From Candidatus Latescibacterota bacterium (lineage in GTDB: Bacteria > Latescibacterota > UBA2968 > UBA8231): DNA of 64,000 nucleotides. Each line of letters begins with the position of its first letter. Position 1 is the stretch's first letter. The DNA lies in the NCBI GenBank assembly GCA_016187725.1, contig JACPJE010000043.1, positions 26,086-90,085 of the forward strand, read 5' to 3'. A program made the position numbers and the translations under genes. Under the pieces are notes generated by a model, which worked only from the letters and a program-made list of their open reading frames with translations, was not told where the DNA came from and searched no databases. This document shows positions 27,078 through 36,024 of this stretch, piece after piece.

Positions 27078-27108
27078 GGTAGGGGCGGTTTTCAAATCCG
27101 CCCCTACC
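27078..27108. repeat. REP-like GC-rich palindromic element, copy 1
   Basis: GGTAGGGGCGG-ttttcaaat-CCGCCCCTACC, a perfect 11-bp stem starting right after the stop codon. Near-identical to 49155-49184. Confidence 0.6.
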
Positions 27109-27137
27109 TTGCAGGCACATCACTGCCTGAGTATCAT
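27109..27137 (+). promoter_or_regulatory. Candidate sigma-70 promoter
   Basis: TTGCAG (27109-27114), 17 nt, TATCAT (27132-27137), about 20 nt upstream of ATG 27158. Confidence 0.35.
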
Positions 27138-27157
27138 TGGTAAAAACAGGATGCCTT

Positions 27158-28183
27158 ATGGAGTGCGCGCGCAGGTCCTGGATCAGCGAGTGGGGGATGG
27201 CCCTGGCCTTTGGTGTGCTGTTGGCTGCGCAGGGGGCAGCGCAGGAGTCGGACCTCGACCCGGCGTTTCAGGCTGCCCAGGCGAGCGTGGCCCGCACCAA
27301 CGCGCAGCTCCTGGACATGGTGGAGCAACAGGGGCAACTGGAGAAGCGCTCCCAGGTACTGCTGGTGGTGGCCCTGGCGGCCCTGGCCCTGGCGGGGTAC
27401 GCGTCGTACGGGCGCTGGAAGCCAGGTACCCTGAAGGCCAGCCGTTTTGTGCTGCAGGGGCGCAGGGGCAAGACCCGCGCCGCCCTGCGCGTGGCCGGGG
27501 CTAGGGAGGAGGCCCTGCTGGAGTTCATGGACGAGCACGGCCGGCCCGCGGCCACCCTGGGCCTGGCGGAGGCCGCTCCCCTGCTCGAACTGCGCGACCA
27601 GCACGACCGCCCCCGGGTGCGCCTCAGCCTGGGACCGGACGGCTCTCCCACCCTGGAATTGTACGACGCTGAAGGCCGCAACCGCGCCGGCCTGGGTCTG
27701 ACCGAAGACGGCGGGGTGGGACTGGGGTTGTACGACGGCCAGAAGCAGGTGCGCGCCGGCCTGGGCCTGGGAGAGGGCGGGGAGGCCACCCTGAATTTTC
27801 TCGACGCCGGCGGACAGTGCCGCCTGCGGGTGGGGCTGACCCCTCAGGAGATCCCGGAACTGCGGATCAGCGACGCCCAGGGCCATGTGCGCGGCCTGCT
27901 GCGCATGCGCCCAGACGGCATGGTGCTCATCGAATTGGGCGATGGAGAGGGTGCGGTGCGCACCATGCTGGGGGTGCTGGAGGAGGGCACCTCGATGGTG
28001 GGGCTGATGGATACAGAGCAGCGTTTCCGCGCCGGCCTGGGGGTGGGTCCAGATGGCCGGCCGCGGCTGGATCTGTTCGACACCAAGGGAGACCCCCGGG
28101 CCTCCCTCTACCTCGAAGGAGATGGCGCTGCGGGGCTGAAACTGCTTTCGGCCAGGGGCGAGGTTCTCTTCAAGACTCCCTGA
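27158..28183 (+). CDS. Membrane-anchored repeat protein (about nine ~21-aa LxLxDxxGxxRxxLG repeats)
   Basis: Hydrophobic N-terminus, a coiled-coil stretch and a second hydrophobic helix. Then repeats such as LELYDAEGRNRAGLGL, LGLYDGQKQVRAGLGL and LDLFDTKGDPRASLYL. Confidence 0.6.
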   Translation: MECARRSWISEWGMALAFGVLLAAQGAAQESDLDPAFQAAQASVARTNAQLLDMVEQQGQLEKRSQVLLVVALAALALAGYASYGRWKPGTLKASRFVLQGRRGKTRAALRVAGAREEALLEFMDEHGRPAATLGLAEAAPLLELRDQHDRPRVRLSLGPDGSPTLELYDAEGRNRAGLGLTEDGGVGLGLYDGQKQVRAGLGLGEGGEATLNFLDAGGQCRLRVGLTPQEIPELRISDAQGHVRGLLRMRPDGMVLIELGDGEGAVRTMLGVLEEGTSMVGLMDTEQRFRAGLGVGPDGRPRLDLFDTKGDPRASLYLEGDGAAGLKLLSARGEVLFKTP

Positions 28184-28186
28184 CTC

Positions 28187-28996
28187 ATGGACAAGGCGGT
28201 GATCCTGGCCCGGGGCCTGGGCACGCGCATGCGCCGGCAGGACCCGGAGGCCGGGCTGAATCCCCTCCAGGCCGAGGTGGCGGCTACCGGCGTCAAGGCG
28301 CTCATCCCCATCGAGCGGCCCTTTCTCGACTACGTGCTCAGCGCCCTGGCCGCCGCCGGGTACCGGCGCATCTGCCTGGTGGTGGGCCCCGAACACGAGG
28401 AGCTGCGCCGCTACTACGGCCACACCCTCGAGTACCAGCGCCTGGAGCTGGGCTTTGCCCTCCAGGAAAAACCCCTGGGCACCGCCGATGCCGTGGCGGC
28501 GGCCGAATCCTTCACTGCCGGTGAGCCCTTTCTGGTGATCAACTCCGACAACTACTACCCCATCGCCGCCCTGGAGTCTCTGCGCGCCCTGCAGGGTCCG
28601 GGTCTGGCGGCCTTCTCGCGCGCGGGGATGCTGGAGGGCAGCAATATTCCCCCCGAGCGGCTGAGCCGCTTTGCCATCGTCGAAGTCGATGAGCAAGGCT
28701 GCCTGCGGCGCATCGTGGAGAAACCCGACCCCGGCCTGCTCGCTTCCCTGCCCGAGCCGGTGGCGGTGAGCATGAACTGCTGGCGTTTCGACCAGGGGAT
28801 CTTCCCGGCCTGCCGGGCGGTGACTCCTTCGCCCAGGGGAGAGCTGGAACTGCCCGACGCGGTCCAGTACGCCGCCGAGGTGTTGGGCCAGCGTTTCCAG
28901 GTATTGCTGTGCGACGAGGCTGTGCTGGACCTGTCCAGCCGCGCCGACGTGGAGCCGGTGGCCGCGCGCCTGGCCGGCCTACAGGTGAGGCTGTGA
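28187..28996 (+). CDS. Sugar-phosphate nucleotidyltransferase (NTP_transferase family)
   Basis: AVILARGLGTRM N-terminal loop, LGTADAV, 269 aa. Confidence 0.85.
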   Translation: MDKAVILARGLGTRMRRQDPEAGLNPLQAEVAATGVKALIPIERPFLDYVLSALAAAGYRRICLVVGPEHEELRRYYGHTLEYQRLELGFALQEKPLGTADAVAAAESFTAGEPFLVINSDNYYPIAALESLRALQGPGLAAFSRAGMLEGSNIPPERLSRFAIVEVDEQGCLRRIVEKPDPGLLASLPEPVAVSMNCWRFDQGIFPACRAVTPSPRGELELPDAVQYAAEVLGQRFQVLLCDEAVLDLSSRADVEPVAARLAGLQVRL

Positions 28997-30366
28997 TCGC
29001 CCTCCAAGCCCTGCTGGATCAGGGCCAAGTCGAAGCGCTGGTCCGGATGTACAGGCTGCGCCCGACAGCGGCAGAGGCCAAGGCCGACCTGTTTGGCCAA
29101 GCGGCGCGCCGTCTGGCCGCGGGCGGGACGGCGCCGCAGGCCCAGGTGCGCGCCTTCTTTGTGCCCGGGCGCATCGAGGTGCTGGGCAAACACACCGATT
29201 ACGCGGGCGGGCGCAGCCTAGTGGCAGCCCTGGAGCAGGGTTTCTGCATGGTGGCTGTCCCGCGCGCCGACGCGCAGGTGGTGGTCTGGGCCGGCCAGGG
29301 CGAACCAGCGCGCTTTGCCCTGGACCCGGAGCTGGTAGCTGCCCACGGGCACTGGTCCAACTACCCCATGACCGTGGTCCGCCGCCTGGCGCGCAATTTT
29401 CCCTCCTGCCGGCGGGGCATGGAGCTGGCCTTCTGCAGCGACCTGTCCCCGGCTTCCGGGATGAGCAGTTCCAGCGCGCTGATGGTGGGCACGTATCTGG
29501 CCTTGGCCGCCTTCAACCAGCTGGAGGCCGAACCGCGGTATCAGCGGCAGATCCGCGATCAGCTGGAACTGGCCGCGTACCTGGGCACGGTCGAGAACGG
29601 CCAGAGCTTCGGCGAACTCGAAGGCGACCGGGGGGTGGGCACCTTTGGCGGCAGCGAGGATCACACCGCCATCCTCTGCTCCCGGGCCGGTCATCTAGGC
29701 CAGTTCGCTTACTGCCCGGCCCGCTTCGAGCGGTACATCCCCCTGCCGGCGGGGCACCTCTTCGCCATCGGCTGCAGCGGGGTGGTGGCCGAGAAGACCG
29801 GCGCGGCCCAGGAACTCTACAACCGGGCTTCGGCCCGGGCCCGGGCCCTGGTGCTGGCTTGGCAGCGGGGCACCGGAAGGGCAGAGCAGCATCTCTACCC
29901 CATCCTCCACAGCGGGCCGGGGGCGGCGGAGCGCCTGCGGCAGCTGCTGGCCGTCCAGCAGGAGGGGCCTTTCAGCCCAGCGGAACTGCGCGACCGGCTG
30001 GAGCACTTCATCGCCGAGAACGAGGAGATCGCCCTGCCGGCCGGCGAGGCGCTGGACCAGGGGGACCTGGAGCACTTCGGCTGGCTGGTGGACCGCTCCC
30101 AGGAACTGACCGAGACCCTGCTGGGCAACCAGGTGCCCCAGACCGTGGCCCTGGCCCGGCTGGCCAGAGAGGGCGGGGCGGTGGCGGCTTCGGCCTTTGG
30201 CGCGGGTTTTGGCGGCAGTGTCTGGGCCCTGGTGCGGGAGGAAGGGGCGGGCGCTTTTCTGGACCAGTGGGCCAGAGGCTATGCCGGCGCCTTTCCCGCC
30301 CCATCGGGGGCCTTCTTCCTGAGTCAGGCCGGTCCGGCGACTTTTGAGTTGGCCGGGGAAGGGTGA
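28993..30366 (+). CDS. GHMP-family sugar 1-kinase (galactokinase-like)
   Basis: GTG 28993 overlaps the upstream TGA (GTGA). PGRIEVLGKHTDYAGG (galactokinase signature-like) and PASGMSSSSALMV (GHMP ATP motif). Confidence 0.8.
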   Translation: MIALQALLDQGQVEALVRMYRLRPTAAEAKADLFGQAARRLAAGGTAPQAQVRAFFVPGRIEVLGKHTDYAGGRSLVAALEQGFCMVAVPRADAQVVVWAGQGEPARFALDPELVAAHGHWSNYPMTVVRRLARNFPSCRRGMELAFCSDLSPASGMSSSSALMVGTYLALAAFNQLEAEPRYQRQIRDQLELAAYLGTVENGQSFGELEGDRGVGTFGGSEDHTAILCSRAGHLGQFAYCPARFERYIPLPAGHLFAIGCSGVVAEKTGAAQELYNRASARARALVLAWQRGTGRAEQHLYPILHSGPGAAERLRQLLAVQQEGPFSPAELRDRLEHFIAENEEIALPAGEALDQGDLEHFGWLVDRSQELTETLLGNQVPQTVALARLAREGGAVAASAFGAGFGGSVWALVREEGAGAFLDQWARGYAGAFPAPSGAFFLSQAGPATFELAGEG

Positions 30367-30439
30367 GGCGGGACAAAATTTTCTATATTCTCTGGTGAGG
30401 CGCTTGAAAAGTCCAGGGAGTTGACGAGAGAGCGGGCAG

Positions 30440-30952
30440 GTGCTGAAAAAACTGATCGGCAAACTCTTCGGCTTTGAAACCGAGATCGATCTGCTGAAGG
30501 AGCAGATCAGCCAGCTGAGCATGGATCCGGTGTTCGGCATGTGGACCCGGAATGCCTTCCTGCAGTTCTCCCACGTCATGCCCCGCGGCCTGCGGGTGAT
30601 CGCTTTTCTCGACCTGGACAACCTCCACCAGCTCAACGATCAGTACGGGTACGAGGAAGTCAACCGCCGGATCAGGGACATCTTCTCCGTCCCCTTCCGG
30701 CGCAGCGACCTGATCGCCCGCTGGTTCTCGGGCGACGAGATCGTCATCCTCTTCGACGCGGACCAGGAATTCGCCCTGCGCAAGATCGGTCAGTTGGAGG
30801 AAGCGGCCAGGCAGCAGGGGATGGGCTTCCATTTCCAGCTCGGGATCTGGGACGTGGGCAAGGACCCCGTCGAGAAGGTGATCGACGAACTGTCCGAAAA
30901 GGTCCTGGGGCAGAAAGCATGGGAAAAGCAGCAGCCCTCAAAATCCCGCTGA
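30440..30952 (+). CDS. Small stand-alone GGDEF-like domain protein with a degenerate active site
   Basis: 170 aa. Coiled-coil N-terminus, then FLDLDNLHQLNDQYGY and RWFSGDEIVILF (SGDEI instead of GGDEF). GTG start. Confidence 0.6.
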   Translation: MLKKLIGKLFGFETEIDLLKEQISQLSMDPVFGMWTRNAFLQFSHVMPRGLRVIAFLDLDNLHQLNDQYGYEEVNRRIRDIFSVPFRRSDLIARWFSGDEIVILFDADQEFALRKIGQLEEAARQQGMGFHFQLGIWDVGKDPVEKVIDELSEKVLGQKAWEKQQPSKSR

Positions 30953-31482
30953 AGCTGGCGCTGGTCTGCGTCTGGCTGCTGGTCGGCGGGGGGTGTGGTG
31001 AGGACGAGGGGGCTTCCCAGACCCCCTACGGCAGCGCCGATCAGGTGCGGGCGTACCGGCTGCAGACCAATCCCCTCATCGACTGGGTCAATTCCCTCGA
31101 ACAGGAAGTGCAGCGCCGTGCCGTGGGCGCCTCGGGCCAGGCCACGGCCGAGAACCTGGCGGCGGTGTATCAGTACGCCCAGCCTTTGCTGCAGGATGCC
31201 CGGGACAGCTTCGACCGCATCACCCCTCCTCCCCGGCTGGAGGAGCTGCACCGCGACATGCGCCAAGTGATGAGCCTGCGCCTCGAGGCCTACGCCGCGG
31301 TGCTGGCCGGCTGGGCGCTCCAGCAGGAGCAGGGGCAGAACGCGCAGAGCGACACCCTGTACCAGCAGGCCGAGGCGCAGCTGGCCCAGGCCAATGCCCT
31401 CATCGTCGCGGTGAACCAGGAGCTGAAAAAGGTGGACCTAGCTCTGGGCGAAGCCGAGGGCGAGAATCCGGTGGTTTCCTGA
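30919..31482 (+). CDS. Lipoprotein, hypothetical
   Basis: MGKAAALKIPLKLALVCVWLLVGGGC carries a lipobox (LVGGGC). The rest is helical and Gln/Ala-rich. Confidence 0.6.
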   Translation: MGKAAALKIPLKLALVCVWLLVGGGCGEDEGASQTPYGSADQVRAYRLQTNPLIDWVNSLEQEVQRRAVGASGQATAENLAAVYQYAQPLLQDARDSFDRITPPPRLEELHRDMRQVMSLRLEAYAAVLAGWALQQEQGQNAQSDTLYQQAEAQLAQANALIVAVNQELKKVDLALGEAEGENPVVS

Positions 31483-31495
31483 AAGGAGAACTGCG

Positions 31496-32731
31496 ATGGC
31501 ACGCGCCCAGTACGGCGCCCAGGCCGTGGCCGGCCTGCGCGGCAGTCTGCCCAATCCCTTTCCCCGCACCATAGGTCCCAACGCCGCCCGCTACCTGCAG
31601 GAGGTGGTGAACTCGGGCCTCACCTGCGATATGGTGGGCCGCTTCGAGCGGGCCTTTGCCCAGGAGTTGGGGGTCAAGCACTGCATCGCCACCCCCGGCT
31701 GCACCCCAGCCCTGGCGGTGCTGGCCGCCGCCTTAGGCTTTGAGCCGGGCGACGAGGTCATCGTCAGTCCGGTGACTGACTACGGCACGGTGCAGGGGTT
31801 GATCAGAGAAAACTATATTCCGGTCTTTCCCGACACCGAAGCGGGCACGGTCAACCTGAGCGCCCGCACCATCGCCCCCTGTATCACCGCCCGCACCCGG
31901 GCCATCCTGGTGGTACACAAGACCGGCTTGATCTGCGACATGGACCCCATCAATGAACTGGCCGCCCGCCACGGGCTGATCGTGTACGAGGATGTCTGCC
32001 AGGCGGTGTTCGGGAAGTACAAGGGTCGGTACGCTGGCACCCTGGCCCTGGCCGCAGGTTTCTCCTTCGACTCGGAGAAGACCCTGGGCTCGGACGTGGG
32101 CGGGTGCGTGACCACCGATGACGACCGACTGGCCGAGCGGCTGCGCTTCATCGGCCAGAGCCGGGGCGGGGAGATGATCCCCCATTTCGGTCGGGCCCAT
32201 ACTGCGCCCGGGTACGCCCACCGCATGACCCAGAGCACCGCGGCCATCACCCTGGCGCAACTGGAGATCATCAAGCCCCAGGTGGAAAAGCGCGACCGGA
32301 TGATCCGCTTGCTGACCGGGCTGCTGGGCGAGATTCCCGGCCTCATTCCCCTGCTCATCCCCGATTACGTGGAGGTGTACTCCTGCTGGATGGCCGGATT
32401 CAGCATCGAGCCGGCCGCTTTCAGGTGCAGCGCCGAGGACTTTGCCGTCCAGCTGGCCGAGGCCGGGGTCTCCGGCGCTGGGCAGGGCAAGTACTACCTG
32501 ATGCCGGCGGCCCTCACCTTCCTCCAGAAAAAGGCGGAGAAAAGGATCTACCCGTACTCGCAGCCCCCGGCCTCCCGCGCGTACCGCTACAGCGCCGATT
32601 CCTGTCCCCGGGCGCGCGACTTTCTGGAGCACTTCATCCGCTGGAGCACCTTCTGCGAAAAGTACGAGGAAGAGCACTGCGAACTGGCCGCGCAGCTGGT
32701 GGCCGAGGTAGTGGAGCGGAATCGTCTATGA
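31496..32731 (+). CDS. DegT/DnrJ/EryC1/StrS family PLP-dependent sugar aminotransferase
   Basis: 411 aa. ATPGCTPAL, EVIVSP, and FSFDSEKTLGSDVGG containing the PLP lysine. Confidence 0.85.
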   Translation: MARAQYGAQAVAGLRGSLPNPFPRTIGPNAARYLQEVVNSGLTCDMVGRFERAFAQELGVKHCIATPGCTPALAVLAAALGFEPGDEVIVSPVTDYGTVQGLIRENYIPVFPDTEAGTVNLSARTIAPCITARTRAILVVHKTGLICDMDPINELAARHGLIVYEDVCQAVFGKYKGRYAGTLALAAGFSFDSEKTLGSDVGGCVTTDDDRLAERLRFIGQSRGGEMIPHFGRAHTAPGYAHRMTQSTAAITLAQLEIIKPQVEKRDRMIRLLTGLLGEIPGLIPLLIPDYVEVYSCWMAGFSIEPAAFRCSAEDFAVQLAEAGVSGAGQGKYYLMPAALTFLQKKAEKRIYPYSQPPASRAYRYSADSCPRARDFLEHFIRWSTFCEKYEEEHCELAAQLVAEVVERNRL

Positions 32732-33492
32732 GCAAAAAAATAAAATTGCCCGTGCGCTACTACCGCGCCCTGCCCATCGACCGGCCCGGACACGAACAGG
32801 AGGTGTTCGAGCTGTCGGTAGCCGAGGTGGCCCTGGTAGGCATGCACTGTTGGAACATCGGCTGCCCGGATGGGCCGCCTGTGGATCTGAACTACTGCGT
32901 GGACCTGGGCTGGCCCCAATCCACGGCCGAAGCCTGGCGTATCATCGAGGAGATGATCCGTCCGGCCATGGATGCCTGCCGCCGGGCCGGCATCGCGGTC
33001 TGCCACGTGGAGACCGACTGGATGGACGCTCAGTACCCGCAGGTGCCCTCCCGCCGTGCGCCCCTTGCTCCCTACACCCCTCCCCAGACCCTGGCCGCAC
33101 GGATGGCCGCGCGGGCCCACGGTCCCGACTATCTGCGGCGTTCCCCCCTGGCCCGGATGAAGCGAGCGGCCCTGGTCTCGCCGGTAGGGGATGAGCCGCT
33201 CTGCTTCTATACCGACCAGCTACACGGGTACCTGCAGGAGCGGGGGGTCTCCACCCTGATCTACGCCGGCTTTGCCACCGACATGTGCGTGCTGGGCGCG
33301 GATGGCGGGGCGCGACCCATGCTGGGGCTGGGTTATCGCTGCGTGCTGATGCGCGACGCCACGGTGGGCGTGGAGACCCCGCAGAGCTTCCCCGAGCGAC
33401 TGGCCACCCGGTACGGCATCCATCTCTTCGAGTGGCAGGTGGGCTTCAGCACCACCTTTGCCGAATTCATGACTGCTCTATCCGCCACCTGA
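32728..33492 (+). CDS. Isochorismatase-like cysteine hydrolase
   Basis: ATGA overlap with the upstream gene. LIYAGFATDMCVLG (catalytic Cys context). Confidence 0.75.
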   Translation: MSKKIKLPVRYYRALPIDRPGHEQEVFELSVAEVALVGMHCWNIGCPDGPPVDLNYCVDLGWPQSTAEAWRIIEEMIRPAMDACRRAGIAVCHVETDWMDAQYPQVPSRRAPLAPYTPPQTLAARMAARAHGPDYLRRSPLARMKRAALVSPVGDEPLCFYTDQLHGYLQERGVSTLIYAGFATDMCVLGADGGARPMLGLGYRCVLMRDATVGVETPQSFPERLATRYGIHLFEWQVGFSTTFAEFMTALSAT

Positions 33493-33515
33493 ATCCCTTT
33501 GAAGTCGAGGCCCAT

Positions 33516-34547
33516 ATGTCCCTGAGAGTCTGCGACTGGAAACACGGCAAGGACTGGGTCTACTCCATCACCTACGACGAGGGCCTGGCCGACCTGCACC
33601 GCTTCGCCATCCCCCTACAAGAGGAGTTCGGCATCCCGGGGCACGTGGAGGTGGTGGCCGGGCATTTGGGCCAGGTGCGCCAGCTGGGGCAGTCCAGCTA
33701 CAACGGCTTCCGCCACATGAACGGGGCAGAACTGCGCGACCTGCTGGGCCGCGGCTGGGGGGTGGGCAACCACTCCTGGAGCCACGAGGTGATCAGCCCG
33801 CAGATGATCGACCGCGAGTTGCGCCAGGCCAGGGAGGTGATCGAAGAGGCCATCCAAGCCCCGGTGCTGCTCTACTGCGCTCCGGGCGACAACACCAACA
33901 TGTCCGACCACGTGCTGGCGGCCTGCCGGCAGCTGGGGTACCTGGGGGCCATGAGCATCACCGACGGGGTCAACCGCCCCCAGGAGGGGCTGTTCTGGCT
34001 CGATCGCACTCCGTTGCACGACCAGTTCTATGCCCCCTTCTACAGCGAGTACGACCCTTACCGCAACATCCGCCAGGCTCAAGCTCTGGGCGGCTGGATC
34101 ATCGATTACTGCCACTGTCCGCTGGAGGAGCCGGTGCACCGCAACAAGGACTGCTCCCAGGCGCAACTGCGGCAGCGCTTCGAGACCGTGCTGGGCGAAG
34201 GGGGGGAGACGGTGTGGTGCGCCGCGCCCGAGGAGGTGGTGAGCTACCACCTGTGCCGGCGCCACCTGCGCGTCGAGGTGGTCGAGGAGAGCGCCAGGCG
34301 GCAGTGTTACCGGCTGGGTTTTGCCGGCCTGCCGGCGCAGGTGCCCTGCCGGCAGCTGACCTTTGAGGCGCAGGTGCCGGGCGCCTGGTGCAGTGCCCCA
34401 CTCGTGTGGGTGCAGGGGACACCTCGGCCCGCCGCCCTGGTGCGGCCGGGGTTGCTGCGCGGCACGGTGGAGGTGGAGGAGGGGCTGGAAGTGGAGTTCC
34501 GGGGAGATCAGCCCTCGCCCTGGGCTAGGGCGAAGTCGAAGGCGTAG
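33516..34547 (+). CDS. Polysaccharide deacetylase (NodB-homology) family protein
   Basis: ITYDEGLAD (TFDDG-like) and GNHSWSHE (H-S-x-x-H) motifs. Confidence 0.75.
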   Translation: MSLRVCDWKHGKDWVYSITYDEGLADLHRFAIPLQEEFGIPGHVEVVAGHLGQVRQLGQSSYNGFRHMNGAELRDLLGRGWGVGNHSWSHEVISPQMIDRELRQAREVIEEAIQAPVLLYCAPGDNTNMSDHVLAACRQLGYLGAMSITDGVNRPQEGLFWLDRTPLHDQFYAPFYSEYDPYRNIRQAQALGGWIIDYCHCPLEEPVHRNKDCSQAQLRQRFETVLGEGGETVWCAAPEEVVSYHLCRRHLRVEVVEESARRQCYRLGFAGLPAQVPCRQLTFEAQVPGAWCSAPLVWVQGTPRPAALVRPGLLRGTVEVEEGLEVEFRGDQPSPWARAKSKA

Positions 34548-34961
34548 AGCACCGCATCCCGCAATTCCACCTGGGCGATAAGCTCTTCTTGGTACACCAC
34601 CGACAGATCCACGGTGCCGGTCCAGCCGTAGTAGGCCATCAGCGGCAGGTGGTGTCCGACTGGAGTCGCCGCATTCGATGAGGCCGTAGTCGGGCCGGCG
34701 CCAGTTGAGGCCATCCTCGCTTTCGGCGCAGGCCACGGCCACCACGTCCTCGCCATTCCAGTCCGCGGGCCAGGCCTGGTACCACATCCGGAAGCGGCCG
34801 CCCTCGCGGATCACCGAGCCGTAGATGGAGGCCCCGGAGGCGTCGGCCGGGGAAGCGCCCCAGAGCACGGGCTCCTCCAGGACAAGGGGCGGGTTGAGCA
34901 CCTGGCGCAGCCCCTCGGAAAGAGCGCGGAGCTGGGCGTGTCCTTCGCAGGCCAGTTGCAT
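34508..34961 (-). pseudogene. Frameshifted, shortened remnant of a beta-propeller glycoside-hydrolase-like gene
   Basis: From ATG 34961: ..IYGSVIREGGRFRMWYQAW..AESEDGLNWRRPDYGLIEC. The sensible reading then continues in another frame (HHLPLMAYYGWTGTVDLSVVYQ..LYAFDFALAQGEG, stop 34508). The frame switch is near 34640-34670. The total is only about 150 aa. Confidence 0.4.
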
Positions 34962-34990
34962 GGCTTTCACCTCACAGGAGTCGAGAAGAC

Positions 34991-36019
34991 TTAGAGCTTC
35001 ACCACCTGGGCGCTGCGGGCCGAGTCGTAGGCGGCTTGGATGATTTCGACCACGTGTACGGCCAGCTCGCCGGCCATGGCCGGCTGGCCCTGGCGCAAAA
35101 TACATTCGACCAGATCGGCCACAGGGGTGGGCGGGGCGGGCAACTCGTCTTCGCGCCGATGCAATTCCTCTTTGCCAGTTGCGATGCTCACGGTAAAGGG
35201 AAAGCCCCGCAGCTCCGCGGTCCCCGCCGAGCCGTAGTAGATGCTGTGCTGCCGCTTGGCCGCAGTGCCGCTGTCGGCCAGGATGGAGAGGGTGGCCAGG
35301 GCCCCGTTGCTCAGGCGCAGGTCCAGGGCGGCGCGCAGGTCCCAGCGGGGGTTGTCCATCAGCGCGCTCACCTCGGCGACCCGCAGTCCGGTGCACCACA
35401 AGAGTTCGCTGATCAGGTGCGAGCCGCCGTCCATCAGAAAGCCGCCGCCATTCTGGGCCGCGTCGCCGCGGAAGAGCGAGGGCCGCACCACCCCGGGCAG
35501 GTCCGCGGGCAGGGCCTCCAATCCCAACACCCCTTTGGCATTGCCCACCCAGTGGACATGGGCCGATTCGATGGTGCCCAGGGTTCCGGCGGCGATCTGC
35601 TCCCGCAGAAAACGGCAGTGGCTCCAGTACGGGGGATTCTGCCCCACCACCAGGGCCAACTTGCGCTCGGCGGCCAGACTCACCAGGTGGTGGCCTTCCT
35701 CGGGGGCGATGGTGATGGGCTTTTCCAACAGCACGTGCAGGCCCTGTTCGAGGGCGGCCAGGGTGTGCTCGTAGTGGAGGTGATGGGGAGAGCAGATGAC
35801 CACCGCGTCCACCAGGCTGCTGTGGATCAGCTCGCGATAGTCGGCAAAGCAGTGCTCGACGCCGAAGTGGGCGGCCAGTTTTTTCAGCTCGGCCGGATCG
35901 CGGCGGCACAGGGCGCTCAGGGTGGTTTCTGGATGCCGGAGGATGTCGGGGCAGTGGCGGCGCGAGGCGAACCAGCCGGCGCCGATCACGCCCAGGCGCA
36001 GGGGCAGGGCAGGGGCCAT
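34991..36019 (-). CDS. Gfo/Idh/MocA family oxidoreductase
   Basis: LRLGVIGAGWFASRRH Rossmann N-terminus and the LLEKP motif, 342 aa. Confidence 0.85.
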   Translation of the reverse strand: MAPALPLRLGVIGAGWFASRRHCPDILRHPETTLSALCRRDPAELKKLAAHFGVEHCFADYRELIHSSLVDAVVICSPHHLHYEHTLAALEQGLHVLLEKPITIAPEEGHHLVSLAAERKLALVVGQNPPYWSHCRFLREQIAAGTLGTIESAHVHWVGNAKGVLGLEALPADLPGVVRPSLFRGDAAQNGGGFLMDGGSHLISELLWCTGLRVAEVSALMDNPRWDLRAALDLRLSNGALATLSILADSGTAAKRQHSIYYGSAGTAELRGFPFTVSIATGKEELHRREDELPAPPTPVADLVECILRQGQPAMAGELAVHVVEIIQAAYDSARSAQVVKL

Positions 36020-36024
36020 GGCGT

